DNA from: Glaucostegus cemiculus
Lineage: Eukaryota
Length of the DNA: 64,000 nucleotides
Direction: 5' to 3'
Assembly: GCA_976551045.1 (NCBI GenBank)
Contig: CDPCPM010000033.1
Location: 5,146,001 to 5,210,000 of the forward strand
Positions 26,841 through 40,703 of the stretch are shown here, one piece after another. The notes under the pieces were generated by a model. That model saw only the letters and a list, made by a program, of their open reading frames with translations, ran no database searches and was not told the origin of the DNA. The position numbers and the translations under genes are program-made. How positions within the stretch are numbered: the stretch's first letter is position 1; each line of letters opens with the position of its first letter.

Positions 26841-27090
26841 GGGCGGCATGATAGCATAGCGGTTAGCGCGACACTGTTACAGCGCCAGTGATCGGGGTTC
26901 GATTCCCTTCGCTGTCTGTAAGGAGTTTGTACGTTCTCCCATGTCTGCGTGGGTTTCCTCCGGGTGCTCCGGTTTCCTCCCACATTCAAAAAGACATACG
27001 GGTAGGTTAATTTGGGGGTTTAAAATGGGCTGCATGGACCCGTTGGGCCGAAAGGGCCTGTTACCACGCTGTAAATAAAATTAAAAAATA
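26841..27090 (+). mobile_element. Full-length young SINE, tail type B
   Basis: CpG-rich tRNA-like head (tagcatagcggttagcgcg...ggttcgattcc), V-SINE core, tail gggccgaaagggcctgttaccacgctgtaaataaaa. Confidence 0.9.
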
Positions 27091-27584
27091 ACACAGTCGG
27101 ACACTAGCACAGGGTCTGCATCTCAAATTGTAAATCCAGTATCTTCATAACCCGACATCAGCATGAAAAGGCAAAGGAGAGGATTTCCTCGAGGAATGGG
27201 ATTAGAGAATGGCAGGATCCTTCTCACGTTGCAGACTGAGGACCAATCAGCATGCTATCATTTTAACATGTCAGTCTAACTTAGGCCTAACCTGCATGTC
27301 GCATGCTACCCAACAATTACCTGCTTGAAAGGGGTGAGAAATGGAGCATTGGGTGGAAATAGTGCAGGTGGCATGAAGCTTTGGAAGGGCTGCTAGCAGG
27401 TAGCTAAATCATGCAGGGAATTTTTTGAATGGGAGGCGTAAGGCAGGAGGGACTTCTCCTCATCCCAAAAGATATGTTAAAAAAATTACCTTGAACTCTC
27501 TTCTGGTTTTACAACTCAACCTTTGCTTCGGGGGAAAATACCTAATCTGCATGACAAAAAATGATGTCTGTCAGCCTTGGGTAT

Positions 27585-27731
27585 TTGGCACTCCTTGCTA
27601 CTGTTGAGAGTTGGCATTCTGTGTTGGGAGTTTGCACTCCGCATTGGCACTCCCTGCTGCTGTTGAGCATTGGCATTCCGTGTTGGGAGTTGGCACTCCA
27701 CGCTGGGAGTTGGCATTCCCTGCTGCTGTTG
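27585..27731. repeat. Minisatellite, 7 units beginning ttggcaYtcc
   Basis: Units of 13-26 bp, e.g. ttggcactccctgctgctgttgagca and ttggcattccgtgttgggag. Confidence 0.8.
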
Positions 27732-29370
27732 CTTTAAACGGCAGGTTAGCACTGAATAAGCCAAGATCCCAGCTTGGAGGTCATCCAGCCAATTTTAGCT
27801 GCACCACTGAACCTTTGCTTGTGTGCTTACTTTCAATCAAATGATTGAGCTATGAACTTAATTTTACTCGACACTGGAAGAAATCATTTCTTGGGAAGGT
27901 TCAGATGATCTTACCCAAATTATTATGGACAAAAAATCCATTTAGGCCAGTATATCACAATAAATCAAAGGAGTTGAAACAATCTGCCACTCCTTCTGAC
28001 TGAATTCTTTTGAGGATTGAAGCTGTGTGATGCTCCACAGTACTTTAATGATAGGAAATTTCTGAAGGAGGAAGCAATCTTTGGATTTAATTAAAAGTTA
28101 TTGAAGGAAATGGCATGGAAAAAATATGGAATAAAAATGACTGTGGCACTGACATACTATATAGATCCACAAGCATGTTTCAGAGATTTTACAATGAGTA
28201 GCATTCTTACAAAATTAATTTGGTACTTGATGTTGTAGTAACAACAAACTACTGAACAAAAGCATATGTTTCGCGGTACCAGTTGCCAAAAGCTGAATTT
28301 TTACAAGGCTTATTCAAAAAATGGTAGTTATGAAATGCAAAATGAGAAATGTAGCAGCTTGTTTGTGCACAGAAAGGTCTTAAAGAGTGATGATCGTAAT
28401 TTTGGACAAATTGCTAAAGATAATTTTCATGCTCTTCTTCAAGTTCTCACAACACTAGGCATTTCCATCTTCTTGGACGAGTTGGTTTTGTCCTTGGGGA
28501 TGGATTATGTCATCATGGAGACAAAAGTACGCAACTAAAGCATGGGCTTTGCCTTAAGAAATTCTCCTTTTTTTTCACTTGTATTCAGCTCTGTGAATAT
28601 AGGAGCACTAAAAATTGAACAGATAGTGTTCCAAATCAGTTCTGGGGATCTGGAGAGCACCAATACATCACATATTAGCCATAAAGAAACTTACTCACAT
28701 TGCTCCTACGGAAACCAAATAGCTTGGAGACCAGCAGAATGTGTCCAACAACAGTTAATGGAATATGACATTTGTTTGTCAAAGAATCACCCTTAAAATT
28801 ATTTGGTGAGTTTTAGCATTTCTTTCATTTGAGATAATGTAAATGGAAAGATGAACCTTCTCACTATTAATCCAATAGCTTTGTGTTTATTTTTTTCTTG
28901 GATTTTTTTGGATCTTTAAAATAATTTATGATTTAACTGTTTTCAACACATTCATTATATTTTTCACAGCAAAAAAAACTTAATTAATTTGTAATAGATG
29001 ATGTATTTCCGGAAAGCTGTTTGGCTGAGGTTAAAGGTGATACACTTCAGGTTAATCAGTCTTCAGGTTTAAAAACTTCATGATAGGCATTGGCATTTGC
29101 TCGGTTAATGAAGTAGCAACCTCTTCTGAAAACCAAACGGTCACCATGATAAATGTTCAGCTTTAATGGGCCTTCTGCTTCATAAGGCAAGTCACAGACA
29201 GGTGAATCCAGTGCAGAATTTTGTACTAACTTTATACAATATACGTTGATTTCCAAATTAAATGGAAATGCATTGTTACGGAGAACACAGAGTTGAATTT
29301 ACAATCAGGTCTGCTGTGATCTTATTGAATAGCATTGGCTCAAGGGATTGAGAATTCTCCTCCCATGCAG

Positions 29371-31455
29371 TTGGAATTGGAATTTATTTATTGTTGTCAC
29401 TTGTACCGAAGTACAGTGAAAAGCTCGTCTTGCATGCCATTCATACAGATCAATTCATTACACAATGCACTAAGGTAGTACAAGGTAAAACAATACAGAA
29501 TGCAGAATAAAGTGTCACAGCTACAGAGAGAAAGCATTGCAGGTAGACAGTAAGGTGCAAGGTCATAACGAGGCAGATTGTGAGGTCAAGAGTCCATCTT
29601 ATTGTACTAGGGAACCATTCGATAGTCTTAGCGAGATAAAAACTAGCCTTGAGCCTGGTGGTATGTGCTTTTAGGATTTTGTATCTTATGCCCGATGGGA
29701 GAGAGGATAAGAGATAATGTCCCAGGTAGGTAGGGTCTTTGGCTGCTTTACTAATGTAGTGAGAAGTATATACAGAGTCCACGGAGGGAAGGCTGGTTTC
29801 TGTGATGACCTAAGCTGTGTCCATAATTCTCTGAGGTTTCTTGCGGTCCTGGATAGAGCAGTTGCCATACTAATCTGTGATTTGTTCAGATAGGATGCTT
29901 TCTATGGTGCATCGATAAAAGTTGATGAGTGTCACGGGACATGCCAAATTTCTTCAGCCTCCTGAGGAAGTACAGGCACTGGTGAGATTTCTTGTCCATG
30001 GCATCTACATGTTGGACCAGGACAAGCCATTGGTGATGTTCACTCTTAGGAACTTGAAGCTCTCAACGCATTCAACCTCAGCACCATTGATGTAGTGAGC
30101 ATGTGCACTGCCCCCTTCCTGAAGTCAATGACCAGCTCTTTTGTTTTGTTGACATTGAGGGAAAGGTTGTTATCATGACACAATGTCACTAGGCACTCTA
30201 TCTCCTTCCAGAGCAGAATCTGGCCATGCAGTCATGAGTCTATAGCGAGTAGAGTAGGGGACTGAGGATGCAGCCTTGTGGACCACCAGGGTTGAGAATA
30301 ATCGTGCTGGAGATGTTGCTGCCTATCCTTACTGATTGTGGTCTGTTGGTCAGGAAGTCAAGGATCCATTTGCAAAGGGAGGTGTTGAGTCTCAGGTCAT
30401 GGAGTATGGTGATGAGTTTGCCTGGAATTATAGGTTTGAAGTTGGAGCTGTAGTCAATAAACAATAGTCTGACGCAGATGTCTTTACTGTCCAGATGCTC
30501 CAGAGATGAGTGTAGGACCGGGGAGGTGGCATCTGACGTAGACCTGTTTCGACGGTAGGTGAATTGCAATTGGTCAAGTTTTTCTGCGAGACTCGAGTTC
30601 ATGAATGCCATGACCAGCCTCTCAAAGCACTTCATGATGGTGGATGTCAGAGCCACTGGGTGGTAGTCATCAAGGCACTTTACCTTGTTTTTCTCAGGTA
30701 CTGGGATGATAGTGGTCTTCTTAAAGTAAGTGGGAACCTCAGATTAAATCAGAGAGAGGTTAAAAATGTCTGCAAGTACCCCCGCCAGCTAATCTGCACA
30801 AGATCTAAGGATGCGGCCAGGCACACCATTCGGGTCAGATATTTTCTGTGAGTTCACTTTCCCAAAGATTGATCTTACTTCCTCAATGGGTTCAGGTGCA
30901 TTGGAGGCTTTCAGGGTGGATGGTGACATACCAATCCCCTTCTGTTCAAAATGTGCATAGAATGCGTTAAGCTCATCAGGAAGGGATGCACTGTTCTCGG
31001 CGATATTGCCTGATTTTGTTCTGTAGCCAGTTATACTATGTAAACCCTGCCACAACTGATGGCTTGTCTGGAACTCGATTTTGGACTGGTATTGTCTCTT
31101 TGCATTAGCTTTAGCTTTACAGAGGCCATATCTCGATTTCTTGTAAAGGTCAGGGTCACCCAATTTGAATCCTGTGGTCCTGACTTCAGCAGGAAGAGGA
31201 TCACCCCGTTCATCCATGGTTTCTGGCTTGGGAACACCCAGGTTGTCCTCTTTGGTACACAGTCCTCCACACATTTGCTGATAAAGTCCATGACAATGGT
31301 GACATATTCATCTCAGCTGGCAGCTGAGACTTTGAACATGGACCAGTCCACCAACTCAAAGCTGTCAGGTAGAAGCTCACCTATTTCCTCAGGCGAGCAC
31401 TGTACAACTTTCTGCACTGGATCCTCTCGCTTCAACTACTGTTTGTATGGAAGAT
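29371..31455 (-). mobile_element. Rex1/Babar LINE, 5'-truncated and decayed
   Basis: Minus-strand [82 protein letters not shown]; 3' end stem-loop + aataaa + (ttccaa)n. Confidence 0.9.
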
Positions 31456-31789
31456 CTGGTGGAATCTTAAAAAGTATGCAATTATTTCAGTTAAGCTTTT
31501 CATTCTGTACTTAAATCCAGCTGTTAATCACTAGGTGACCAATAAGATAAATATCTGCAGATTTATTGTATGCTTGAAACATAACTGTGTTTTCAGAGAG
31601 TCCAGTTGTGCTCTATTTCAACAATGTGCCAGAATTATCCTAGCTGTTAAAAGAATATTTAAAATATTAGATGTCAGACCAGAATGCTATGGCATGGCTG
31701 CAGGAAAAGAATGGTGCATGGTTGAGCAACAGAGCTCATGCAGGATAGAAAGCTCAGATTCCTGGAGCAGGAGGATATACCCTGATTGC

Positions 31790-32510
31790 AACAAGACATG
31801 TACAAGCCAGGCAAGTTGGATCTTACTAAGGTAGGGTCCAACATCATTGTAGGAAATTTGACTGGTACTGTTAAGGAGAATTTAAAAAATCTTGTTGGAG
31901 ATGATAACCTGATCATATTTTGAAAGGACAAATGGCAATGATTAATTTAGAAAATAGGAGATTAATAAGGAAACTGGGAAAGTTGTGAAAGCAAAGCCTC
32001 AAAGAGGTGGTGTTTAATGGTATATATTTCAATTCAAGAAGTTTTGGAAATATGGCCAATGAGTTGAAGGCATACACAGATACACCAAGTAATGATATTG
32101 CAGATGTTATTAAAAGATGATTAAAAGCTCAGCTTGACGTTCCTCATTACGGTGCCTTCAGGTAATATTCAGATGGGAAAAAGGAAGATGTAATATTTAC
32201 TAAAAAAAATAACATCAGATATGAGAAAGCAGGGCATACCAGAAATGTCAACAAATGACATCATAGAAGTTGAATGAAAAACAAGAAGAGTCTGCCACAC
32301 AGCTGTGAGTCCACCACATTCACTAAATGCTCATGAGAAGATAGATGAAAAGTATGTTGGTAAATTTCTTAAAGATATCAATATGGCAGAATGGAATTTC
32401 AACTCTGCTGATATTGATAAGGAATGGAAGTGGTGCAAAAAGTTATGCAGAGAAATATGTTCACACCTGAGAAGTTATGTTAAAAATGAAGATGGACTAC
32501 CAATACAAAA
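31790..32510 (+). mobile_element. Very decayed CR1 5' region (ORF1 end / APE start)
   Basis: atatatttcaattcaagaagttttggaaatatggccaatgagttgaaggca = IYFNSRSFGNMANELKA, a CR1 APE N-terminal motif. Confidence 0.45.
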
Positions 32511-32880
32511 TCTTACTGCAAATAAATCCAAGGTGTTACGTGGAATACATCAGATCTTCCAAGATAATTGCTCTCAAGGGGTCATTTATAGAAAAAACTT
32601 CTGTTTCATAGCCAGCCAAAAAATCTATTCATTGTTGCTAAGAAATCGAATCACATTGTTTCCTTCTTTAGGTATTAACCATGCAAAATTGGATTTTACT
32701 TACAGTGGATCATGCTAGCAATTCCTTTCCTTGGTGAAATCATGCCAATTATAAAGTTGGTCCATGTTAACCTTTTTTCCCTCCATCAGACACATACCTA
32801 ATGAGGTCACCAATTCCACACTGCATGCTTCTGCCCATAGTAACATAAATTGAAGCACTGCATGCTTCTGCCCATATCAA

Positions 32881-33292
32881 ACCATAGAACAATACAGGCT
32901 CTTCGGTCCACCATGTTGTGCTGACCTTCAAACCACTCCTAAGACTATCTAACTCCTTCCTTCCTTCCACATATCCCCCTATCTTAAATTCCTCCATATG
33001 CTTATCTAACAATATCTTGAACTTGCCCAACATATCAGCCTTCACCACCCCAGGCAGTGCATTCCATGCACCAACCACTCTCTGGGTGAAAAACCTCCCT
33101 CTGACGTCTCCCTTGAACTTCCCACCCATTACCTTAAAGCCATGTCTTCTTGTATTGAGCACTGGTGCCCTTTGAAAGAGGCGCTGGCTGTCTACTCTAT
33201 CATTTCCTCTTAATATTTTGTATACTGCTATCATGTCTCCCCTTATCCTCCTTCTCTCCAATGAGTAAAGCCCTAGCTCCTTTAGTCTCCCC
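32881..33292 (-). mobile_element. CR1 3' fragment (same subfamily as 19836-20962)
   Basis: ERRRIRGDMIAVYKIL...FFTQRVVGAWNALP; 3' UTR closely matches 19843-19990. Confidence 0.9.
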
Positions 33293-34014
33293 TAACATAA
33301 ATTGAAGATCATAGCTCCACAATTCATCCATCATGGAATATTATCAATAGAACAAGAAACACATCACCCCGTTATTTGCTCATCTTGCTTTTAAAGTGAC
33401 ATTGCTGACCTCATTGGTCAGCTTCAGAATGAAGTGCAGATTGTTCAAACAATTCTAGAAGTTCACAGAGTGTCAAAGTTAAGAGGCAGTGCATTTTGCT
33501 GCTAAGATATCCATTCCATAGGTGCCCAAGTGGTGATATCATAAACAGTTCTAATTATTGTGATTAGTAAAGCTCTACATATACAAACATACTGTATCAA
33601 CATATTCTTCATCATTGAGGTATCTATGCCTTTCTACAAAATTCCAGTGACGTTTCCAGTGACCCTGACCTCTACTTTATGTTGTCTATTTCCACATCCG
33701 TAGAGCAGAGTTTTCTGCATTCTGGTTGATTTTGCAGGCATGCACAGATCAATACACTCATGAATGTGCATGCACATGTAACAAATGTGTGCGTACACAT
33801 GCATGCACACACACACATACATCAGTGCCAATAATTATGTTGATTTCCTTCAAGTGTTTCAGATCAATTACCTACATTTTTTTTAAATTCAGAGTAGTTC
33901 AGCGATCTTAAGGCAGGAATCATAAACTTGCCCATTATAACACTCTTTCACAAGTGCTGTAATTTCCATGTGAGCAGAATGGATAAATCAATCATAAAAA
34001 CACAATGAGCTTAA

Positions 34015-34355
34015 TGAGTGGCTAGAGTTGCTACTGCCTTACAGCTCCAGCGACACAGCTTCAATCCTTATCTCTGGAGCCATCTGTGTGAACTTCGCAT
34101 GTTCTCCTTGTCACTGTGGCGGTTTGCTCTGCATGCTCTCGTTTTTTCTCCCACAACCCAAGGACGTGCAGATTGGTAGGTCAATTGACTCCTGTAAATT
34201 GCCCCCAGTGAAGTGAGGATGGTAAAATCTAATGGGAATGGGTAAAGAGTAGGTCAGAGAGAAAATTTGTTGTGGGGGATGGGATTGATCCATGAGCCGA
34301 CATAGATTTGAAGGACTGAACATCCTCCTCCTATGTTATAGGGAAATATGGAAAC
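34015..34355 (+). mobile_element. Older HE1-like SINE (decayed)
   Basis: ctgccttacagctccagcgac...ctcccacaacccaaggacgtgcagattggtagg...tgtaaattgccc; homologous to 48412-48728 and 61226-61700. Confidence 0.7.
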
Positions 34356-36367
34356 AGGGAATTTCAACACAACTATGTAATCCTCAGCAATTCACAATAT
34401 GTAGACTTTAAGTTTTACACACAAAAATCACAGTCAATTAGTCACATATGAGTTATATTCCATAAAATGCAGCAGGGCAATTCACCAAAAACATCCAATT
34501 TTCAACTAGACAATGAGCAACATTGTGCAGGAGAAGCAGAAGATATCATCTCAGAATTGTCTTTTGGCCAGTCTCATTTTAGTCTCATTTTTCTTCTAAG
34601 AACAATAATTCTAAGAATTCATGTGGTTCACAAAAATCAGTGAAGCATTTGAAAAAAGTCCCACCATGTAACTCAAGGTCTCAACATGTAATCAAGCTTT
34701 ACACTATCAATGAAATGCCTACTCCCTGAGAGTCTGCAGGCATCATGCCTTGCTTGCACTTCTCTGATGAACAATGTAATTGCAAGTCTATCATCTGTGA
34801 GACATGTGACATTCTGTGGGAAATCCTTTGGCCACACCTTCAAGCCTGCATTGTTCTCCCCATCAAAATGAAGATCATGTTGAACTTTGGCCTCCTCGCC
34901 ACAAAATCTTTCCAAGCAGCCACAGAAAATCTCTGCAATGTCTGTGAATTTCCTGCTCACCCCTACATAACCCAGGCAGTGTAATTGTAAAAAAATTAAT
35001 TAATTTAGTATAAAATCTACTGTAATTTCTATGAGAAATGGGTAGTATCTCAGGAACTGGGATTTGCCAGTATTTCTGACTTCTAATAAATATAGGCAAC
35101 AAATGACTACATACGTGTGCTCATATAAGCTTTCATTAAGATGTGAAGACTTCATTATGCTTCCTGCATGCTTCACAGTCTTGTCCAGATGGTGCATAAT
35201 GAACCGACATCCACTGATTGTAACGAATGAATGAATAAGTCTCTATTCCAATGACTGAACTGGGTTTCTACAATATCTTCCAAAGAGAGCCACTTTGTTT
35301 AAAGAACTTAGAACTTGACATAAAATACACTGTCTGGTGAGGGTCACCACTGTAGGCGTAGAAAAATCACCCGAACATATCTTGTAAGGACATGTAACTT
35401 ATTTCTGCATTGTTCCATTGGGTATGGGTTCTCACTTCTGGAGGAGACCAATGCGAACAAGCCACCTCTTGCCACTGAGGTCTCCTGGTACATTAGTACT
35501 CTTTCCTACCATGTATTTCATAAACTCAAATGCAGATGTTCTTTGAGTGAATGTGGGACCTGTCTCTTTCTCCCCTGAAGTCTCTGTTCCCTCTATGGCA
35601 GCGACAATGTGTGTTGTGCAGTATGGCTGTCATGAGGAGTATCATTTGGGTAAGGTCCTGCTAGGATTCACAAGAATCTAATTTTATCACTTATTTCTTG
35701 GTGCAAATCACTGTCACACTGTTTCACTCTGGATATTAACCAATTTATCTTTTTTTTTACTGGAAACGTGATACGGTGTTAATTCTAAATGCAATGCTGC
35801 TTCAGTGCATTTACAAGTAATGCATTTTGATTTCCAGGCATGTACCTTGCCCCTTCCCAGAAGATGTGATACTTTTTATTCATGCAAGCATCCACTATAC
35901 CAGCCTTGTGGATGCAGTGCTATGTTTATTACTTTTCATAAATGTCATTACTATGTCATTACTTTTCAGCTTATTACTGTTTGTAAATTGTAGAAAGTTA
36001 TGACAGGAGGCTAGTGTTCAATCTTTTGAATCTGTAAAAGCAGATAAAGGGGTATCCAGCTTGATTCCATTTAACAGTTCTTGGGCTTTAGTCTTGTGTG
36101 GAACATTTTCTACTTGTTAAATATGGTGATGGTTTTTACCTCTGTACCTATTTTATAAGTGAGTTCCAGATCCCCACCCCTGTCAGGGCAAAAAAGATTT
36201 CCTCAATTTCTAGAAAATCCTATTACCTTAATTAACTCTCCTCAGTTATTACTGTCTGCTTGGAGACGAACACCCAACTTTGGAAGCTATATCAAAGTAA
36301 TGTAAGTCTTGACAGAATTGTACAGTACATTAACTGTATATGCATAAAAATAGATAAAATACTTGCA

Positions 36368-36738
36368 TGATAGAGGTATACAAAATTAGGAGAAGCATAG
36401 ATATGATAGATAGGCAGAGGTTTTTTTCCCCTCAGAGTGGAAATGTCAAATACTGGAAGGCACAGGTTTAAAGTGAGAGGGGGAAAGTTTAAAGGAGATG
36501 GGCAAGGCAATTTTTTTTTAAACTGAGAGTGGTAGGTGCCTGGAAATTGCTGCCTGGGAAGGTGGTAGAAACAGATATGATAATGTTTAAGGGGCATTTG
36601 GACAGACACATGAACAGGCAGGGAATAGAGGGATATGGACCATGTGCCGGAAGTGGAATTAGTTGGATTGGCATCATGGTCAGTGCAGACATGGTGGGCT
36701 GAAGGGCCTGTTCATGAGCTATTTGTTCCATGTTCTAT
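36368..36738 (+). mobile_element. CR1 3' fragment
   Basis: tgatagaggtatacaaaatt...gagagtggtaggtgcctggaa...gggctgaagggcctgtt...atgttctat. Confidence 0.85.
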
Positions 36739-37377
36739 ATCAGCCTGTTCAAATTGCTAATTTGTTCAAGTATATGGAAGAGATTAAGTTACTTTAAATC
36801 TTGAAAACTAAATATGAATAATAACTAATATCATCAAAAATCTAATATCTACATGTCCACAATATTTTATTTTTATATCACACTGCCTTGGGCTAACTTG
36901 CAAACTAGTACCACTCTGCTCATTTGCAAACAGGAAGACTCGATTGTTGAGAACAAATCAATAGAAATGTGCTGAAACACGACAAGAGCTAAAACCTACT
37001 GTGAATTACACAACATAAAAGTTACCTTTGTTTAATTTTTGCCTTTCAAGGTTCTATTGGCTGATTTCAGAATACTACAAATCTATAGAATCTAAGCAAT
37101 TGATTTAGCATTATTACAAATTCTGAGTACACCTCAATATTCAACTTCTCATGGAGATTTCTTGACTTCTGGCTGCCTCTGGGTACAGAATGAATTGTAA
37201 ATGGAATTCAACTAAAAGATTATATTTGTTCTCATTTGATCATATATATTGAAATCTGTCTGAGACTATCGATCCTTATTGCAGTGGTGATTGTGGTCTG
37301 CTGTTTTTGATGTGTTTGTCCATTTAGGCAAGAAATCTATTTGGTCAATATTAATGCTTCAGTTTACTTTTTCCCAG

Positions 37378-37565
37378 GTGGTCCAGCATACAGGACAAAC
37401 CATTCCAGAAGGATTGGCAGTTGACTGGATTGGCAAGAACCTGTACTGGTGTGACAAAAGCAAGATGACTATTGAAGTCTCTAAACTTAATGGACTTTAT
37501 CAGACAGTCCTTGTGAACACAGGGCTCAAGACTTTGAAGCATCTTGTGATCGATCCTCGCATTGG
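37378..37565 (+). CDS. LRP1B: Exon E (188 nt): YWTD blades
   Basis: tttcccag|GTG GTC...ATT GG|gtatga; [63 protein letters not shown]. Confidence 0.95.
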
Positions 37566-38483
37566 GTATGAGCCTAATATTACGAGCAACATAAAAACAT
37601 AATTAAACTATGTATTTATATTGCCTGAGCTACATCTAATTCTGAACAAGTATACATTTAATTTTCTTACTTTTCTAACTAATGCTAACCACTTAATGAA
37701 ACAAAACCTCCTTAGGTGTAACTCTGGCTTTTTAGGGGTTTCATGGCAACATTTTTTGATCATCACTTTAATCATCCAGTGTTTGAATTATCTGAGATAC
37801 TCATCTAATGTAAGCATGCCCATGAAAAGGTTAATTATAAAGTTTAATGTTTTCCTGTCCAATTACATATTGAGGTGGCAGTTCTAATTTCTATCTAAGT
37901 TATTGTCCCCATTATTTATGTGGCTCTATAATGGCAGTATATCAAATTAAAACATGTATTTCACTTTTCTATTTAAGATTTTTTTTATTCTATTGAAGTA
38001 AACAACCTTGTACTCTTACTTGAATGTTTATCTGAACACTAATATGTGAAAAATTAAGTGAAAGATATTCAGGCAAAGAATTTGCAGATGTAATAATGGC
38101 AAATTATAGACTTTCGCCATCATTAAACTATGAGTGAGAATCACCTTGCTATTTCTGCATCTGTTATGTAGAGTGGAAATACCAAAATCACTGTCAGTCT
38201 TACAGCCCTCCTTCACCAGCACGGCTTGTTCCCTTTTCTACTCCACTACCGGTGGATCAGTGAAATTGATGAGTGATCAATGATTTCATTTGGATCTTGG
38301 GTAGGCATCAAGGAAATAAATTTGCAGATTTTGGGGAATGGAGTGACAGCATGGAATTTATGTACAGGCAACCCCCACCTTACAGCAGTTCGGGTAACAA
38401 AAATTAGCTCTTATGGAATTCACAAATCACTACCAAAAAAATTCTGGGATATGGAATAAAAACCCACTCTTACTAAATTTCTG

Positions 38484-39832
38484 TCATAGATTAATACAGC
38501 ATGGAAGCAGGTTCTTTGACCCAACTGGTCCATGTCAACCAAGATGCCCCATCCAGGCTAGTCCTATTTGCCAGCATTTGGCCCAAAACCTTGTAAACCT
38601 TTCCAATCTGGTAACTGTCCAACTCTCTTTTAAAAGTTTTTATTGTACTTGCCTCAACCACTTCCTTTGGCAGCTCATTCTATATTGATACCACCCTTTG
38701 TGCAAAAAAGTTGCCTTTCAATTTCCCATTAAATCTTTCCCCTCTCACCCTAAACCTATGTCCTCTTGTTCTTGATTCCCAAACCGAGGATAAAAGACTG
38801 AGTGCATTCACCCTTCATGATTTTATACACCTCTATAAGATCACCTCTCAGTCTCCTATGCTGTAAGGAATAAGGTCCTCACCTGTCCAACTTCTCCCTG
38901 TAACTCAGTCCCTCAAGTCCTAGCAACATCCTTGTAAATCTTTTCTGCACTTTTTTCCAGTTTAATAACATTTCCTATAGCAAGGCAACCAAAACTGAAC
39001 ATAGTACTCCAAGTGCACCCTCAACAATGTCCTGTAAAACTGCACCATGACCTCCCAACTTTAATACTCAATGCCCTGACTAATGAAGGGCAGCATGCGA
39101 AAAGTCTTCTTCACCACCCTGTATTCCTGTGACTCCACTTTCAGTGAACCATCTACTTGTGCTCCAAGGTCCCTCTGTTCTGCAACACTCCCCAGGACCC
39201 TGCCATTCACTGTGAAAGTCCTACCTGGATTTGACTTTCCAAAATGCAACACAGTGCACTTATCTGAATTAAACTCCATTTGCCATTCCTCAGCCCATTC
39301 ACTCATCTGATCAAGATCCCCCTGTAATTATTGATAACCTTCTTCATTGTCCACTATACCACCTATTTTAATGTCATCTGCAAACTTACTAACTATGCCC
39401 TGCACATTCTTATCCAAATTGTTTATATAGATGATAAACAACGATGAGTCCAGCACAGATTCCTGGTACACCACTCGTCATGGGCCTTCAGCCCAAGAAA
39501 CGACCTTTCACCATCACCCCCTGCTTTCTACCATCAAGCCAATTGTGTATTCAGTTAGCCAGTTCTCCCCGAATTCCATGTGATCCAACCTTCCATAGCA
39601 GCCTACCATGTGGAACCTTATCAAAGGCCTTACTGAAGTTCATATAAACCACGTCTACCGCCCTGCCCTCAACAAGTTTCTTGGTCACCGCATCAAAAAT
39701 GTCAATCAAGTTTGTAAGACATGATCTCCCATGCAGAAAGCCATGCTGAGTATCCCTAATCAACCCTTATCTTTCCAGATGTTTGTATGTCTTATCCTTC
39801 AGAATCTTCTCTAATAACTGACCTACCACAGA
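38484..39832 (-). mobile_element. CR1 RT/3' fragment (decayed)
   Basis: [38 protein letters not shown] motifs in minus-strand ORFs 39551-39763 and 39061-39306. Confidence 0.9.
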
Positions 39833-40703
39833 CAATAGACTTAAAAAGATGTGAAAAGAACACTTTTTTTTTCATTTGCATCTCTTAATGCATGCACAGA
39901 TGATACGGTTTCTTGTTATAGAAAATTGTGATATGGAATATATTTCTAGAAACACATCCCAGTGTATTGATGAACAGAAAGCTGGCGTGGAGAGTAGGCC
40001 TAATAAACTCCCTTTTTGCCATACTCCATAAAAATGTCCCAAACCATAATTACTGCTTAGCACAATCCTATTGACCTAAGTTAATTTACTCTTCATATTT
40101 CAACATTACCTCATTCATGTGCTCTGAAAGTATGTAAACAATTAACTCATCATTATGCATTTGTTTCATGCTTTGACTGTGAGATCTCTTCTCTGAATGC
40201 TGTTATTTTGTCACTGGTTACAAATTCTACCCAATAGGAATATTTTTTTTAGAAAAAGTGGTGCCAGAGTTGAAAGTTAGTATACTGAATTTTGCAGCAA
40301 AATATTGCAGATTTAGAAATTTAATATGAAAGGTGGAAGTTCTTAAAACGTTCACTGGATCAGGTTCCAGCATTAAACATATAAGGTGGGGTTAAATTTC
40401 ATTCCTTATGATCTTTCAGCAAGAACAGAATAAGAACGGGTTATTCAGCATCAGCTCACCTTACTCCATCTCACACTCTCAACCTATTCTAATCCTTTCT
40501 CCTTGATGTCCCTCTTCAACTATTCCATGAGGTAGAATGTTCCAAATTGTAACCATACACTGAGTAAAGATGCCTTTCAGAGGGTCAATTGGTGCAGCAC
40601 AATAGAAGGTTCTTGTTGAAGTGCTGAACTTTTCCAAGAGTTTCTGTTTTTATATCTGAAACTGAGATCTATAACAGATTTTTCAATATCTATATTTGCT
40701 CAG

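Noticed and set aside
26841-26915. tRNA gene (also 58185-58255 and 166-240)
   Set aside because: A and B boxes are present but continue into SINE core and tail; these are SINE heads.
27585-27731. CRISPR-like array
   Set aside because: Vertebrate intron; repeats are short and degenerate, inter-repeat sequences repeat each other, and there are no cas genes.
34673-35210. Possible RTE C-terminal or zinc-finger remnant
   Set aside because: Resemblance too weak to assign without a search.
38362-38483. Tc1/mariner- or Tigger-like MITE end (TA-caggcaaccccc...)
   Set aside because: I could not find the matching inverted terminus, so it is not called.
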